Below, piece by piece: positions 13,796 to 28,210 of a stretch of DNA of 64,000 nt (its first letter is position 1; each line of letters begins with the position of its first letter). Location: the NCBI RefSeq assembly GCF_009914755.1, contig NC_060938.1. One strand, 5' to 3'. The position numbers and the translations under genes are program-made. The stretch is from the human T2T-CHM13v2.0 reference genome, Homo sapiens. Below the pieces are notes generated by a model. The model did no database searches. It was not told the DNA's origin and saw only the letters and a program-made list of their open reading frames with translations.

Positions 13796-16700
13796 ATGAT
13801 GTCAGGATCAAATTCACATATAACAATACTAACCTTAAATGTAAATGGCCTACATGTCCCAATTAAAAGACACAGAATGGCAAGATAAATAAAGAGCCAA
13901 GACCCATTGGTATGCTGTCTTCAAGAGACCCATCTTATGTGCAAAGACACATATAGGCTCAAAATAAAACAATGGAGGAAAATTTACCAAGAAAATAGAA
14001 AACAGAATAAAGCAGGGGTTGCAATCCTAGTTTCTGACACAACAGACTTTAAATCAACAAAGATAAAAAATGACAAAGAATGGCATTCCATAATGGTAGA
14101 GGGTTCAATTCAACAAAAAAGCTAACTATCCTAAATATATAAGCACCCAATACAGGAGCACCCAGATTCATAAAGCAAGTTCTTAGAGACCTACAAAGAA
14201 ATTTAGATTCCCACACAATCATAATGGGAGAATTTAACATCCCACTGACAATATTAGACAGATCATTGAGACAGAAAATTAATAAAGATATTTAGGACCT
14301 GAACTCAGTTCTGGATGAAGTGGACCTGATAGATGTCTACAGAACTCTCCACCCAAAAACAACAGAATATACATTCTTCTCATTGCCACATGGCACTTAC
14401 TCTAAAATTGATCACATAATCAGAAGTAAAACACTCCCCAGCAAATGCAAAAGAAGTGAAATCATAACAGCCTCTCAGACCACAGCACAATGACATTAGA
14501 ACTCAAGACTAAGAAATTCACTCAAAACCACACAACTACATGGAAACTGAACAACCTGCTCCTGAATGACTCTTGGGTAAATAATGAAATGAAGGCAAAA
14601 ATCAAGAAGGTGTTTCAAACTAATGAGAACAGAGAGACAACGTACTAGAATCTCTGGGATCCAGCTAAAGCAGTATTAAGAGGTGAATCTATAGCACTAA
14701 ATGCCCACATCAAAAAGCTAGAAAGATCTCAAGTTAACAACCTAACATCACAGCTACAAGAACTAGAGAACCAACAGCAAACACACCCCAAAGCTAGCAG
14801 AAGACAAGAAATGACCAAGATCAGAGCTGAACTGAAAGAAATAGAAACATGAAAAATCTGCAACAAGTCAATGAATCCAAGATCTGGTGTTTTGAAAAAA
14901 TTAATAAAATAGACCACTAGCTAGACTAATAAGAAAAGAGAGAAGAATCAAATAAACACAATCAGAAATGACAAGGGGGATATAACCACTGACCCCACAG
15001 AAATACAAACAACCATTAGAGAATACGGTAAGTACCCCTATGCACATAAACTAGAACATCTAGAAGAAATTGAGAAATTCCTGGACACATACATGCTCCC
15101 AAAACTAAATCAGGAAGAAACGGAATCCCTGAATAGACCAATAAAGAGTCTGAAATTGAGGCTGTAATATAATAAATAGCCCACCAACCAAAAAAAAGCC
15201 CAGGGCCAGATGTATCCACATCAGAATTCTACCAGAGGTACAAAGAAGAGCTGGTACCATTTCTACTGAAACTGTTCCAAAAAATTGAAAAGGAGGGACT
15301 CCTCCCTAATTCATTCTATGAGGTCAGCATCATCTTGATACCACAACCTAGCAGAGATACAACAATAAAAAACTTCAGGCCAATATCTTTGATAAACATT
15401 GATTCAAAAATCCTCAGTAAAATATTGACAAACCGAATCCAGCAGCACATCAAAAAGCTTATCCACCATAATCAAACTGGCTTCATTCCCAGGATGCAAG
15501 GTTGGTTCAATATATATGAATCAATAAATGTGATTCATCACATAAGCAGAACTAAAGACAAAAATGACACGATTATTTCAATAGATGGAGAAAAGGCCTC
15601 TGATAAAATTCAACATTCCTTTATGTTAAAAACTATCAATAAACTAGATATTGAAGGAACATGCTTCAAAATAATAAGAGCCATTTATGACAAACCCACA
15701 GCTAATATCATACTGAATGGGCAAAACCTGGGAGCATTCTCCTTGAAAACCATCACAAGACAAGGATGGCCTCCCTCACCACTCCTATTCAACATGGTAT
15801 TGGAAGTTTTGGCCAGGGAAATCAAGCAAGAGAAAGAAGTAAAGTCTATTCAAATAGGAAAAGAGGAACTCAAATGATCTTTGTTTGCAAATGACATAAT
15901 TCTGTACCTAGAAAACCACATCATCTCAGCCCAAAAGCTTCTTAAGCTGATAAGCAACTTCAGCAAAGTCTCAGTATACAAAATCAATGTGCAAAAATTA
16001 GTAGTATTCCTGTATATCAGCATCAGGCAAGCAAAGAGCCAAATTATGAATGAACTCCCATTCATAATTGCTACAAAAAGAATAAAATACCTAGGAATAC
16101 AGCTAACAAGGGAAGTTAAGGTCCTCTTCAAGGAGAACTAAAAACCACTGTTCAAATAAATCAGAGAGGACACAAACAAATAGAAAAATATTTCATGCTC
16201 ATGAATAGGAAGAATCAATATCATAAAAATGACCATACTGCCCAAAGTAACTTACAGATTCAGCGCTATTCACATTAAACTACCATTGACAGTATTCACA
16301 GAATTAGAAAAAAAAATTTAATTCACATGAAACCAAAAAAGAGCCTGAATAGCCAAGACAATCCTAAGCAAAAAGAATAAGGCTGGAGGCATTATGCTAC
16401 CTGACTTCAAACTATACTACAAGGCTATAGTAACCAAAGCAGCATGCTACTGGTACAAGAAAAGAAACATAGACCAATGCAACAGCATAGATAACTCAGA
16501 AATAAGACTTCACAACTACAACCATCCGATCTTTCACAAACCCGACAAAAACAAGCAATGGGGAAAAGATTTCCTATTTAATAAATGGTGCTAGGAGAAC
16601 CAGCTACCTAAATGCAGAAAATTGAAACTGGACTGCTTCCTTACACTATATACAAAAATTAACTCAAGATGGATTAAAGACTTAAATTGAAAACCCCAAA

Positions 16701-17596
16701 CTATAAAAAAACCCTAGAAGAAAATCTAGGCAATACCATTCAAGACACAGGCATGGGCAAAGATTTCATGATGAGCTTCAAAAGCAATTGCAACAAAAGC
16801 AAAAATTGACAAGTGGGATCTAATTAAACTAAAGAGCTTCTGCACAGCAAAAGAAACTATTATCAGAGCAAACACACAACCTACAGAATGGGAGAACATT
16901 TTTGCAACCCATTCATCTGACAAAAGCCTAATACCCAGAGTCTACAAGGAAGTTAAACAAATTTACACACAAAGTAAAAACAACCCTATTAAAAAGTGGG
17001 CAAAGGACATGAACAGACACCTCTCAAAAGAAGACACACATGTGGCCAACAAACAAATGAAAAAAAAGCTCAACATTATTGACCAAAAGAGAAGTGCAAA
17101 TCAAAACCACAGTGAGATACCATCTCACGCCAGTCAGAATGGTGATTATTAAAAAGTCAAAACAGCAGATGCTCGCAAGGTTACAGAGAAAAAGGAACAC
17201 TTTTACACTGTGTAAATTCAACCATTGTGGAAGACAGTTTGGTGAGTCTTCAAAGATCTAGAGGCAGAAATACCATTTCACCCAGCAATCCCATTACTAG
17301 ATATATATACCCAAAGGAATATAATTCATTCTGTTATAAAGATACATGCACGTGTATGTTCATTGCAGCACTATTCACAATAACAAAGACATGGAATCAG
17401 CCAAAATGCCCATCAATGATAGACTGGATAAAGAAAATATGGTACATATTCACCATGGAATACTATGCCGCCATAGAAAGGAATGAGATCATGTCCTTTG
17501 AGGGACATGGATGGAGTTGGAAGCCATTATTCTTAGCAAACTAATGCAGGAACAGAAAACCAAATGCCACATGTTCTCACTTGTAAGTGGGAGCTG
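13796..17596 (+). pseudogene. L1 ORF2p remnant (endonuclease, reverse transcriptase, Cys-rich domain), multiply disrupted
   Basis: MMSGSNSHITILTLNVNG start, [37 protein letters not shown]. The catalytic FADD is mutated to FAND and follows an in-frame TGA. Confidence 0.92.
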
Positions 17597-18126
17597 AATG
17601 ATGAGAACTCATGGACATATTGCGGGGAAAAACATACAATGAGGCCTGTTGGAGGTGGGTAGGGAGAACATCGGGAAGCATAGTTAATGGATGCTGGGCT
17701 TAATACCTAGAAGATGGGATGATCTATGCAGCAAACCACCATGACATACACAAACCTACACATCCTGCACATGTGCCCCTGAACTTTAAAAAGCTGAAGA
17801 AAAAAAATTAACTTGTTCATTGTGCCCTAGATCCCTCTTTGTCAACCTCCTCTTCTCGTGGCTTTTCAGCTCCTTCATCCAGAATCTGGGTGCTTTATGC
17901 TGTGATTGATATAGTGGCCACCTTTCATTCAACAAAATTTTTTGAGCTTCCCTTGTTTACCACACAGGGTTATCACGAGGAGGCCCTTTTTCTTCTCTGT
18001 ACATGCAAATTTAATTGATTCCTTAAGCTCAATTTCAAATGTTTTTTTCTGTGTGTTTATTTTTTGTTTTTGTTTTTCCTGTAAGGCTTTTCACTGGTCA
18101 CAAAGATCCTTCTCTAAAAAATCTCT

Positions 18127-18472
<346 letters not shown>

Positions 18473-18949
18473 TGAAATCCATAATGTGTTGTTCTTTTCT
18501 TTACAGCTCCTCACTACCCTGTATTGTTACAATCTGTTTCCTTATCGGTGTCTTACTCACTGAGCTGTATATTGTCCATATTTGCACTTGCTTCCCTGCC
18601 CAGGGCAGAGGCCTGCACTTAAAAGAGATTTCATCCATGGAGCAGGGGGAGGAGACAGGCTTTTGAGGTTATGGAATCCATCACTTTACTCTTTTATAAC
18701 TTGGAAAGCAAAAAGTGTCTGAGAATCAAAGAAAAAGAAAGTGATTATTGCCAGGTAACTTGCAAATGTAAGATAAAGGTCTATTTTTACTATTGATAAA
18801 ATCTCATATAAACAACTCAAGCCCTATCTGTATCAGCTTATGTAGAGAAAACAGAAGAAAAAATGAGCCATGTTAGGGCAGTGAAGATTCTTGCCCTTTG
18901 TTAGAGAGCTTAGAAACTCCAAAGTATTTCATGTTCTCCTTTCTGTTTC

Positions 18950-19150
18950 ATGGGGACCAGCGAAGTTCCCAAAGGTGGAGGTTCAGTCTGCCTGGGTCTT
19001 CTGTGACAATGACATGGAGCAGAGTCCAAACTCCACCTCTGGGCAGCCAATCTGAGATTGAGGTCAATATGATCTGGGCAAGAAATAAGCAGTTGTTGTT
19101 ACAAAGCATCAAACTTGAAGGATTGCCTGCAGTAAAAATATAACCCATCC
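18950..19150 (+). mobile_element. Old MaLR LTR fragment (MLT1J/K-like)
   Basis: aagaaataagcagttgttgttacaaagc...aaatataacccatcct resembles an MLT1 3' end. Confidence 0.5.
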
Positions 19151-19711
19151 TCTCCTGAATGACAGATACCTACAGAATCCTTGCATAAGCATCCACACAG
19201 CATCTGCTAAACATAGCAACATGATCACCAGATTAACTGGAAGGGGTTGGTATATGTCATATTCAAGAATACCAACAAAACAATACCAAGAAAAATGCAA
19301 TGTCAATGGTTAGTCAAACAATCAGGTGATCTGTGTTTGTACTTCACAACGACTTCATACAAGTGGTATCATATTTTCCAAGTTGTAAAGCAATTGATGT
19401 GGTTGCATATCTGTAGTACCACTTTTTGGTGTGTTTACCTAGCTTCAAACCATCCTCCCTTCCATGGAAAATGTGCCTCATTTGTACTATGTGATTCAAT
19501 TCTCTGGCAATAACTGCCTGTAACAGGAATGGGTGGGAAGCCCAGGCTGTGCCAATTCATGGCAGTCACTTCCCGTAAAATTTGGAGCTGGGATCATGAA
19601 ATTCCAGTTTTATCTTGGTCTGGGCTCATACATGAAGAGGATTTAAAACTAAGAAATTGCAAAAATTCCCTTTTTCTGATATATGGAAGGTAGAAGTGAA
19701 AAGAAAAAACT

Positions 19712-20210
19712 TTTTTGTTCAACTTTTATTTTACGTTTGCGGGGTACATGTGCAGGTTTGTTAGCTGGGTATATTGTGAGATGCTGAGGTTTGGGATACA
19801 GTCAATCTCATCACTCAGGTAGTGAGCATAGTATCCAACAGTTAGTTTTTCAACCCTTGGCCTCCTTCCTCCCTCCCCATTCTAGTAGTCCCTAGTTTCT
19901 ATTGTTCCTATTTTTATGTCCATGAGTATTCAATTTATAAGTGAGAACATGCGATATTTGGTTTTTAAGTTCCTGCAGTAAATTGATTAGCATAATGGCC
20001 CCCAACAGCATCCATGTTGCTTCACAGGACTTGATTTTATTCTTCTTTATGGATGCACAGTATTCCTTGGTGTATGGGTACCACAGTTTCTTTATCCAGT
20101 CCACCATTAATGAGCATCTAGGTTGATTCCATATCTTTGCTGTTGTGAATAGTGCTGTGATGAGCATAAAGGTGCATGTGTATTTTTGTTAAAATGACTT
20201 ATTTTTGAGA
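19712..20210 (-). mobile_element. 5'-truncated L1PA/L1PB 3' end
   Basis: caacttttattttacgtttgcggggtacatgtgcagg. ORF 19892-20167(-) ALFTTAKIWNQPRC is the ORF2 C-terminus. Confidence 0.9.
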
Positions 20211-20354
20211 AGTCATTTTGAAGATATATAAATGAAGTGGGCATGACCAAAAGAAACAGAAATAAGAGAAAGAGTATTCCTTCAAATGACTTCCAAAACT
20301 CTGACAGAGTTGGCTAAATTTCTGCCTCCTAGTCTCAAAAAGTATATGTAGATT

Positions 20355-21100
20355 TTTTAAATTTGAAAACTCTTTGTTTTGAAATGACTTAAGATTCACA
20401 AGAAGTTGCAGAAATAGAACACTTTCTCTGTACACTCACCAACCTGAACTCTCCCCCCCAAAATAACATCTCATATTATTAATACTGTAATATGTCATCA
20501 AAATCAGAATTGGTGTTGGTACAATACTATTAACCAGAGACTTTATGCAATTTTTACATGCACTCATCTTTTGTGTGTTTGCTTTTAGTACTATGACACT
20601 TTATCTCATATATAGATGTATAGATTCTTGCAACCATCACCACAATCAGGACACGTAACTGTCCCAATACCACAAAAAAATTCCCTCATATTACCCCTTA
20701 ATAGCCAGATCCTCCCTGCAACCCTAACCCTGGCAACCACTGACTTGTTCTTCATGTCTAAAATTATGCCATTTAATACTGTTATATGAATAGAATCATG
20801 AAGTATGTAGCCTTTTGAGATGAGCTCTTTTCACTTAGCTTAATTTCCCTTAGATCCATCCAAGTTGTCGCATGTATCAGTAGCTTGTTCCTTTTCATTG
20901 CTGTATGGTGTTCCATCATATGACTGCTCCACAGTCTGTTGATTCATTCACTCACTGAAGAACGTTAGGATTGCTTATAGCTTTCTAGCTATTATAAGTA
21001 AAACTTCTATAAATGTCCACGTGAATGTTTTTGTATAAACGTAAGTTTCATTTTTCTAGGATACATACCCAGAAGTGTTATTGCTAGGTAGTTTGGCATA
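20355..21100 (-). mobile_element. L1MB/L1MC 3' end fragment
   Basis: agattcacaagaagttgcagaaatag, ccctggcaaccactgacttgttc, atacccagaagtgttattgctagg. Confidence 0.8.
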
Positions 21101-22569
21101 CCTGAAATTTTAAAATGCATCTTTCCTTTAATTATTCACTATGATGTTGTTTCCTTTTTTACAAGTCAAGTTTCCCAAATAATATAATATCTATATTTCC
21201 CACCAGAATATGAGTCTTCCAAGGCAGAGGCCATGTCTTAATTATGATTGCACACCCAGTGGCTATTTCCATCACAAAGTAGACATAAAATAATGTTGTT
21301 TAGCTTTTCTCTCAAAATATCCAAGGCAGCTCCAAGTCATTTCTGATGGATCAGTCACTTATATTTACAACGAAGTCAATCACATATCTGAACAAAGAAT
21401 TTACAAAGTACAGGGAGCCTGTGTGGTGCCATTCTGAGCAGCAATGATCTGAGTCTAGAATTCCATGCTTCGAAAACAGCTCTCTCTGCTCATGGTAACC
21501 ACCATCTTGATCTTCTCTTCAATCTCTTAAACACATCAAGTATAACCACCAGTTACCCCAATTTTGGGGTGCTTGGTTGATTTTGAGCCTCTTTTATTGT
21601 AAAAGGCAAGTATTTAATCAAATCTCAAGGGAAGCAAAGGACATGTTCTAATAGAGAAGAACAAGGATCATATTTAAGTCATGAAGAGTATGGTGAGCAC
21701 AGCTGAAAACAGTCATAATGGGAATAAAAAATTTACAGAGAATTTGGCTCCTGAAAATGTGCCAATGTACAATTTTAGTTAATAAAGGCAATTAATGATT
21801 TAATCTTTCAACTGTCTGAATAGATATTATTTTTCTTGAAATGGCAAAGTACATCTGTTGTTTTTGCTACTCACAACTTTCTCTTGATATCCCTCCTCCT
21901 CCTCCAAATCCAAAATTATATAGAGAGACATCCCCATCCCCACCCACTAATTGGAGCATGGGTGTTCATGTATTTGCATGACAGGATTTTCTCATCTCTT
22001 ATGCTTCATGTGCTACTTATTATAGAGCCCTCAGTATATGTTATTGGCATCAAAGAACTCAGCCATGGCTGCCTTAGAACCAGAATGGAGCTAAATGTGC
22101 CAGATAAGACAATACTGACAACATGGTAGCAATTAAACTGCCTCAATATTTTCTGTTCATCATCTCTGTGTAAGAACCTAGGAAACAAAGTGGATGAAAA
22201 AATCTAGGGAAAGGAAAAAAATGGGTAAGGACAGTGTTTGGAATCAGCACCTTGTTATCCTTTCATGGAAGGAACCACATCTCTTTCTTTCTCTCTTTTT
22301 CTCTGAAACTGTGTCAGGTCATTGTCAAAAAGTCATACAAAGGCAGGTTCAACTAGATAAAATGGAAAGTAAAATAAAAACGGAAAGTAAATGCAAATCT
22401 TATTTTTGAAAGTGATATTTTTCTCTCCTTGTATGAATTGCTTTGATCCAGACATGAAAAACTAAAGACTTAACTGAAATAAGAGTCTTGTTCCCACATG
22501 AGTTCCCATATGAGTACCAGTACTTGGAGGATTGCTTATTCAACATTTTGTCCACAATTGAGACATGGT

Positions 22570-23551
<982 letters not shown>

Positions 23552-24355
23552 TAAAAGGCCAGAAATGAGGCTGGAAAGAGTGCAGGAGGCCAGTGGTGAA
23601 GGGTCTCATTCATCATGCCAAAGAGTACGGATTTTATAGGGAGGAATCTTTAGGTTTCCCTGGAACTTACAAAAGATACAATGGATGAGAAAGAGAGAGA
23701 GAGAGAGAGAATGCTTTTGATTACTATGCTTAAATCTATTTTAGCATGGAAGATGAAACAAAAATAAAATTGACATTCATTGCTCTTAAGTAGCTTATAA
23801 TTTTATAGAGAAAATATGTCCATAACTAAAATCCAATGCAAAGTGATAAAAGTTTATAGCTCCTTTTAATTTACAGAGTACTTCTACATAAATGATTGAG
23901 TGAATGACTGAAGCAAAGAAATGGAATCCAAAAAGGAAAAGATATTTTGGGAAAATGAGTAGTTTGTTTTGACCAACTGGAAACTCATATAGGAGAAAAG
24001 TAAAAAAAGCCTAACAAAAATAATTAAGACTAGATCACACAATATATTGAGCATAATATTCCTTGTTTCCGAACTTATAAAAGTAAGAACATAGACCTCA
24101 GAATCTCTGAGTACACAAATCGCACTTGCTTGCACTTAAACCTTGACTAGACTAAATACTATTTCAAATGCTGGTGATTCCAAGAAAAATCTAGTCACCA
24201 CTGACAAATAAATACTACTGCTGATTCATAATCAACTACATAAGGCCAACTATGTGAAGCTGTAGAAAACTATAACCTCACTGCTTTGATCTTTTCACTG
24301 GCTCCTGAGTAGTGACCTAGGATATTTGCAGTCTGTCTCCACATATACTTATTTT

Positions 24356-26898
24356 TGTCTGTTATCTATTACTGTGTAACAAACCATCCCCAAGAGATAG
24401 TGGCTTAGGACAACAGCAACTTAGTATTTCTGAAGGTTTTGTGGATATTTCTGATTCACTTGGTATCAGCTGAGGTGCTGGGAAGACTGGATGTTCCAAA
24501 ATGCTCTTACTTATATTTTTAGCAGTTGGTGCCCTGACTGGGAGCTCAGCCAAGGGCCTCAGTTTTTATCTACTTGGGCCTCCCCCTTGAACTGCTTGGG
24601 CTTCCTCGCAGCATGGTAGTGAGCATGGTAGTGAAGATCTAAAAAGGACTGTTCCAAGTGGCAAAGGTGGAAGTTATAGATCTTTTAACAACAAAACTCT
24701 GAAGTTACACAGCATAATATCTGCCCCCATTCTTTTGTTCAAAGTGGGTCATTGGAGCATCACAAATTTAAGGGGAGAGAAAATAGACTTCATGTCTCGA
24801 TAGGAAAGTGGCAAGGTCATATCACAAGGAAGTAGATGGGATGGCCGATATTATTATAATCATCTTTGTAAAAACAATCTACCACTATTTATCTTCTGGA
24901 CATAAGAATTCATATTCCTGACACTTGAAAAATATTCTTAGCCTATCTCCCCAAAATCTCATCCCATTTTAACATTAGGCTCATACTCAAGTTCCAGGAC
25001 TTTTTTATCTAAATTAGATCAGGTTAAGAATGAATCCTCTTGGGTACAAAGACCTATGAACTATCTACTACTCCATTCCTATGCCCAACAAACAATGGGG
25101 AGATGTCTCCCCGTAATAGACATTCCCAATCAAAAAGGGGGGAACAATTACATTTAGGTCAACTGTTTATACAAATTTTGATATCCAGCCAGACAGATGT
25201 TGCTAATCTGTGTGCCAGTTTCAAAAAATTTACATTGATTGGGGCCCACTGCTGGTCCCTATGAATAATTCTCCTTAGTTTTTTGTTCTGCTTTCAAGAT
25301 CTTAGGCCAGTGCGTCATTCTTTCTTTTCCATATGAAGTGGGCAATGTTTGTAGTTGAGAAATTTTCTCATCCTGCTTTCTGACCATAGAATGTTAGGAG
25401 TCCAGAAATCTTGATTCATTTTGAACTCTCAGTCCTTTTTAGTCTAAGCTGGTAGTACCTACTCTGACAGTTTTCTTAGGAACTTTGTAGGTTTCCTGTG
25501 ACTCTTATTGGAATTAGCATCATTGTACATAAGCCACACACACTTAATAGAACTAGCATCCACACCTACTGGGGTTAAGGTCACACTCTTAAAGACAGGC
25601 ACCTTTCAACCTTGAGGTGAGGATTGGGGTGCTGTGAGATGTTGCCCTTGAAAGTTTTACAAGTACTTTTTTCTACTTTTTTCACCTGAAACAGCATGAA
25701 CTCAAGATGTTTAAAAGATTTTTTTTTTTTTTAAGACAGAGTCTTGCTTTGTCACCAGGCCTGAAATGAAGTGAGGCAATCATTGCTCACTGCAGCCTTC
25801 AGCTCCTGGGCTCAAGCAATCCTCCTGCCTCAGATTCCCAAAAAATTAAGACTACAGGCATGTGCCACCGTATCCAGATAATTTTAATTTTTTTTTTTTT
25901 TTGTAGAGACATGGTCTTGCTATGTTTCTAAGGCTTCTGACCTCAAGTGACCCTCACCCCTCTGCTTCCCAAAGTGCCGAGACTACAGACATGAGCTACT
26001 GCATCTGGCCTAAAAACCTTTTTTTTTTTTTTTTTAATCTAGCTGAGAAGTCTAGGAAGCAAAGGCTTTAATATTTATGAGGTCTTAACAAAGAGTCTAA
26101 CGAACACATCCTTTACTTGATTCTGATCTGAGACATTGTATCAGCATCATCCTGGGTTTGATCTTTTCCCAGAGCCATTTCTTACTTTGCCAACTTATTG
26201 CCATCTGGAGAGGCTTGGACCAAGAAACAGTTTTGTTTTCCAACTTTGAAACTTTTAGTTTGGAAAATTCTTCTCTAAACTCTGCTTGAAATCCAAATTT
26301 GTTTTTTTAGGTCCTCTCTCTTTTTCATCACTTTATTATCAGCAGTTAAAAGAAGCTAATTGACGCACTCAGCATCCTGCCTGGAAATCACTTTTGCCAA
26401 ATCCTTAAGTTCATTATTTGTATTTTTTGTTTTCTGTGTTACTGTAGATGACAGTGTTGCCAAATTTTCTATCACTATATGATACTGGGCACCCTTCCTC
26501 CAGCCTCCAATGTTAATTACCGCATTACATTTTTAGCCTCCACTAAGTCTTCCTACTTTTCTCTATGCCTGTGCTCAGTCTCAGCTCAAAGACAATGCCA
26601 TGTGTTTTAGGTTTAGCTATGGCTCTACTACATCTCTATACTGCCCCCAAATTTAGTTGCTTATAACAATAAAAATTTTTCATATCTCAAGTTTCCATGA
26701 ATTGACTAGGGGGTTCTTTTGTTTCCAATGATGCTGGTTTAAGTGCCAGGACAAATGGGAAGTCCAAAAATGGTGTCACTGATCTGCTTGGCAGTTGGTG
26801 CTCAGTGCTAGTTGATAACTCATCCAGTTCTGACAGTTAGGGGTCTTGGTTATCCTGTATATGGACCCCTCCACACATCTTTTTATGCTTCCTGGACA
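24356..26898 (-). mobile_element. MLT1 (G/H-like) MaLR element: LTR (about 24356-24886), internal region, partial second LTR (about 26635-26898)
   Basis: The LTR begins tgtctgttatctattactgtgtaacaaaccatcccc...agtggctta. A homologous segment recurs at 26640 (cccccaaatttagttgcttataacaat...ggcagttggtgct). The intervening sequence is MLT1-int-like and is interrupted by an Alu. Confidence 0.65.
25719..26010 (-). mobile_element. Alu SINE (AluJ, diverged)
   Basis: Poly-T, agacagagtcttgct, cactgcagccttcagctcctgggctcaagcaatcctcc, middle T-run, left monomer. Confidence 0.92.
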
Positions 26899-26910
26899 TG
26901 TTTTACTAAA

Positions 26911-27218
26911 TTTGTTTATTTTTTGAGACAGGATCTCACTCCAGTTGCCCAGGCTGGAGTACAGTAGTGTGATCTCAGCTCACTGCAGCTTCGACCTCCT
27001 GGGCTCAGGTGTCAGAGTAGGTACTACCAGCTTAGACTAAAAAGGACTGAGAGTTCAAAATGAATCAAGATTTCTGGACTCCTAACATTCTACAGTCAGG
27101 AAGCAGGATGAGAAAATTTCTCAACTGCAAACATTGCCCACTTCATATGGAAAAGAAAGAATAACTCACTGGCCTCCCAAAGAGTTGGGATTACAGGCAT
27201 AAGTCACCATGCCCAGCC
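26911..27218 (-). mobile_element. AluJ whose central part is replaced by non-Alu sequence
   Basis: Alu 3' part at about 26921-27011 and Alu 5' part at 27171-27218, with TSD-like taaattt(a)gtttattt on both sides. The middle is an inverted copy of 25304-25469. Confidence 0.9.
27010..27175 (-). repeat. 166-bp inverted duplication of 25304-25469
   Basis: Base-by-base comparison gives 160/166 identity with no gaps. Confidence 0.97.
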
Positions 27219-27249
27219 CATTAAATTTAGTTTATTTCTTTAACTTTAG

Positions 27250-28210
27250 CATTGTGAGGTAGATCTTATCACACCCATTTATTCAACAAATAGCACCAAT
27301 GAGTAGCAGCGATATGCCAGGAACTATGGTTGATTTATAAGAATAAAGAGTCGAATAAGACATTATTCCTTGCCTTAAAAGCTAATATCTCATGGAGGAT
27401 TTAATCAATGATTACAGTGCAAACTTATATGGTGAAACTGAGGTTCAAAAGTTTAAGTACATTGCTTCTCATCTAACAGCTGACCCAAAATTTGAACATT
27501 TATCTGCCGGATTTCACAATGTATACTTTCCCTGTGGCACAACTGAGTATTTAGAAAGTTAATATGAGTGTCCAAACCAATGGCAATTAAGATTTGGAAA
27601 CTGGAAATGAATAATGAATCAAATGCAAAAATACTGCCCAACTGGAATAGACAGGACTTGATGATTGCTTAGATTTGGTAGATAAGGCCAACAGTAGAAT
27701 AAAAGGTGAGTCTTATGGTACTGAAGTTGGGAAATCAGAAGGAAACGTAGTAAATGATGATGCTATTTGTTTTATCCATGTTTAATTTAAGAGACCAACT
27801 AGATATACAGATGTTATCCAGCAAGCAAAGATTAAAACTTTTCTTTCATTTATTTTAATTTTTATGAGCACCTACCATATGTCTGGTACTGAGTAGGTGA
27901 ATAAGAAGCCAGATCTCCAGTGTCAATGATTTATTAATTGGCAAAGACAGTCCTACAGGCAAGTGATTATACTTGGATGTGATAAGGGCCACAATAAAGG
28001 TAAATACACAAGTAGGTGCAAGGGAACAGAATAAAGTAAAGATAACACTAGGGGAATTAATTGTATTTGGGTGGCCATTACAACAGGGTGTGGATGCAAT
28101 TGCTAAGTGAAGGGAAGAAAGAAAATGTTCCAGGACAGTCACTAGGATAAGGATCCACGGAAGAGAATAGGAGGAAAGTTCAAGAGGTAGGAATAGGACC
28201 ACCCACAGAA
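27250..28210 (-). mobile_element. Cluster of MIR and L2 fragments
   Basis: gaaactgaggttcaaaagtttaag (MIR); ttcatttatttt...gagcacctaccatatgtctgg (L2 3' end, antisense). Confidence 0.6.

Larger units (their letters stand above)
12012..17799 (+). mobile_element. Near full-length inactive primate LINE-1 (older L1PA, about PA11-PA16)
   Basis: 5' end gaggagaggccaagatggc, ORF1 and ORF2 remnants, L1PA-type 3'UTR. TSD aaaaaaaatta at 12001-12011 and 17800-17810. Confidence 0.95.

Noticed and set aside
15335-16141. 180-aa and 86-aa reverse transcriptase ORFs
   Set aside because: They are fragments of a dead L1 ORF2 with stops and an FADD-to-FAND change, not a functional RT or a novel system.
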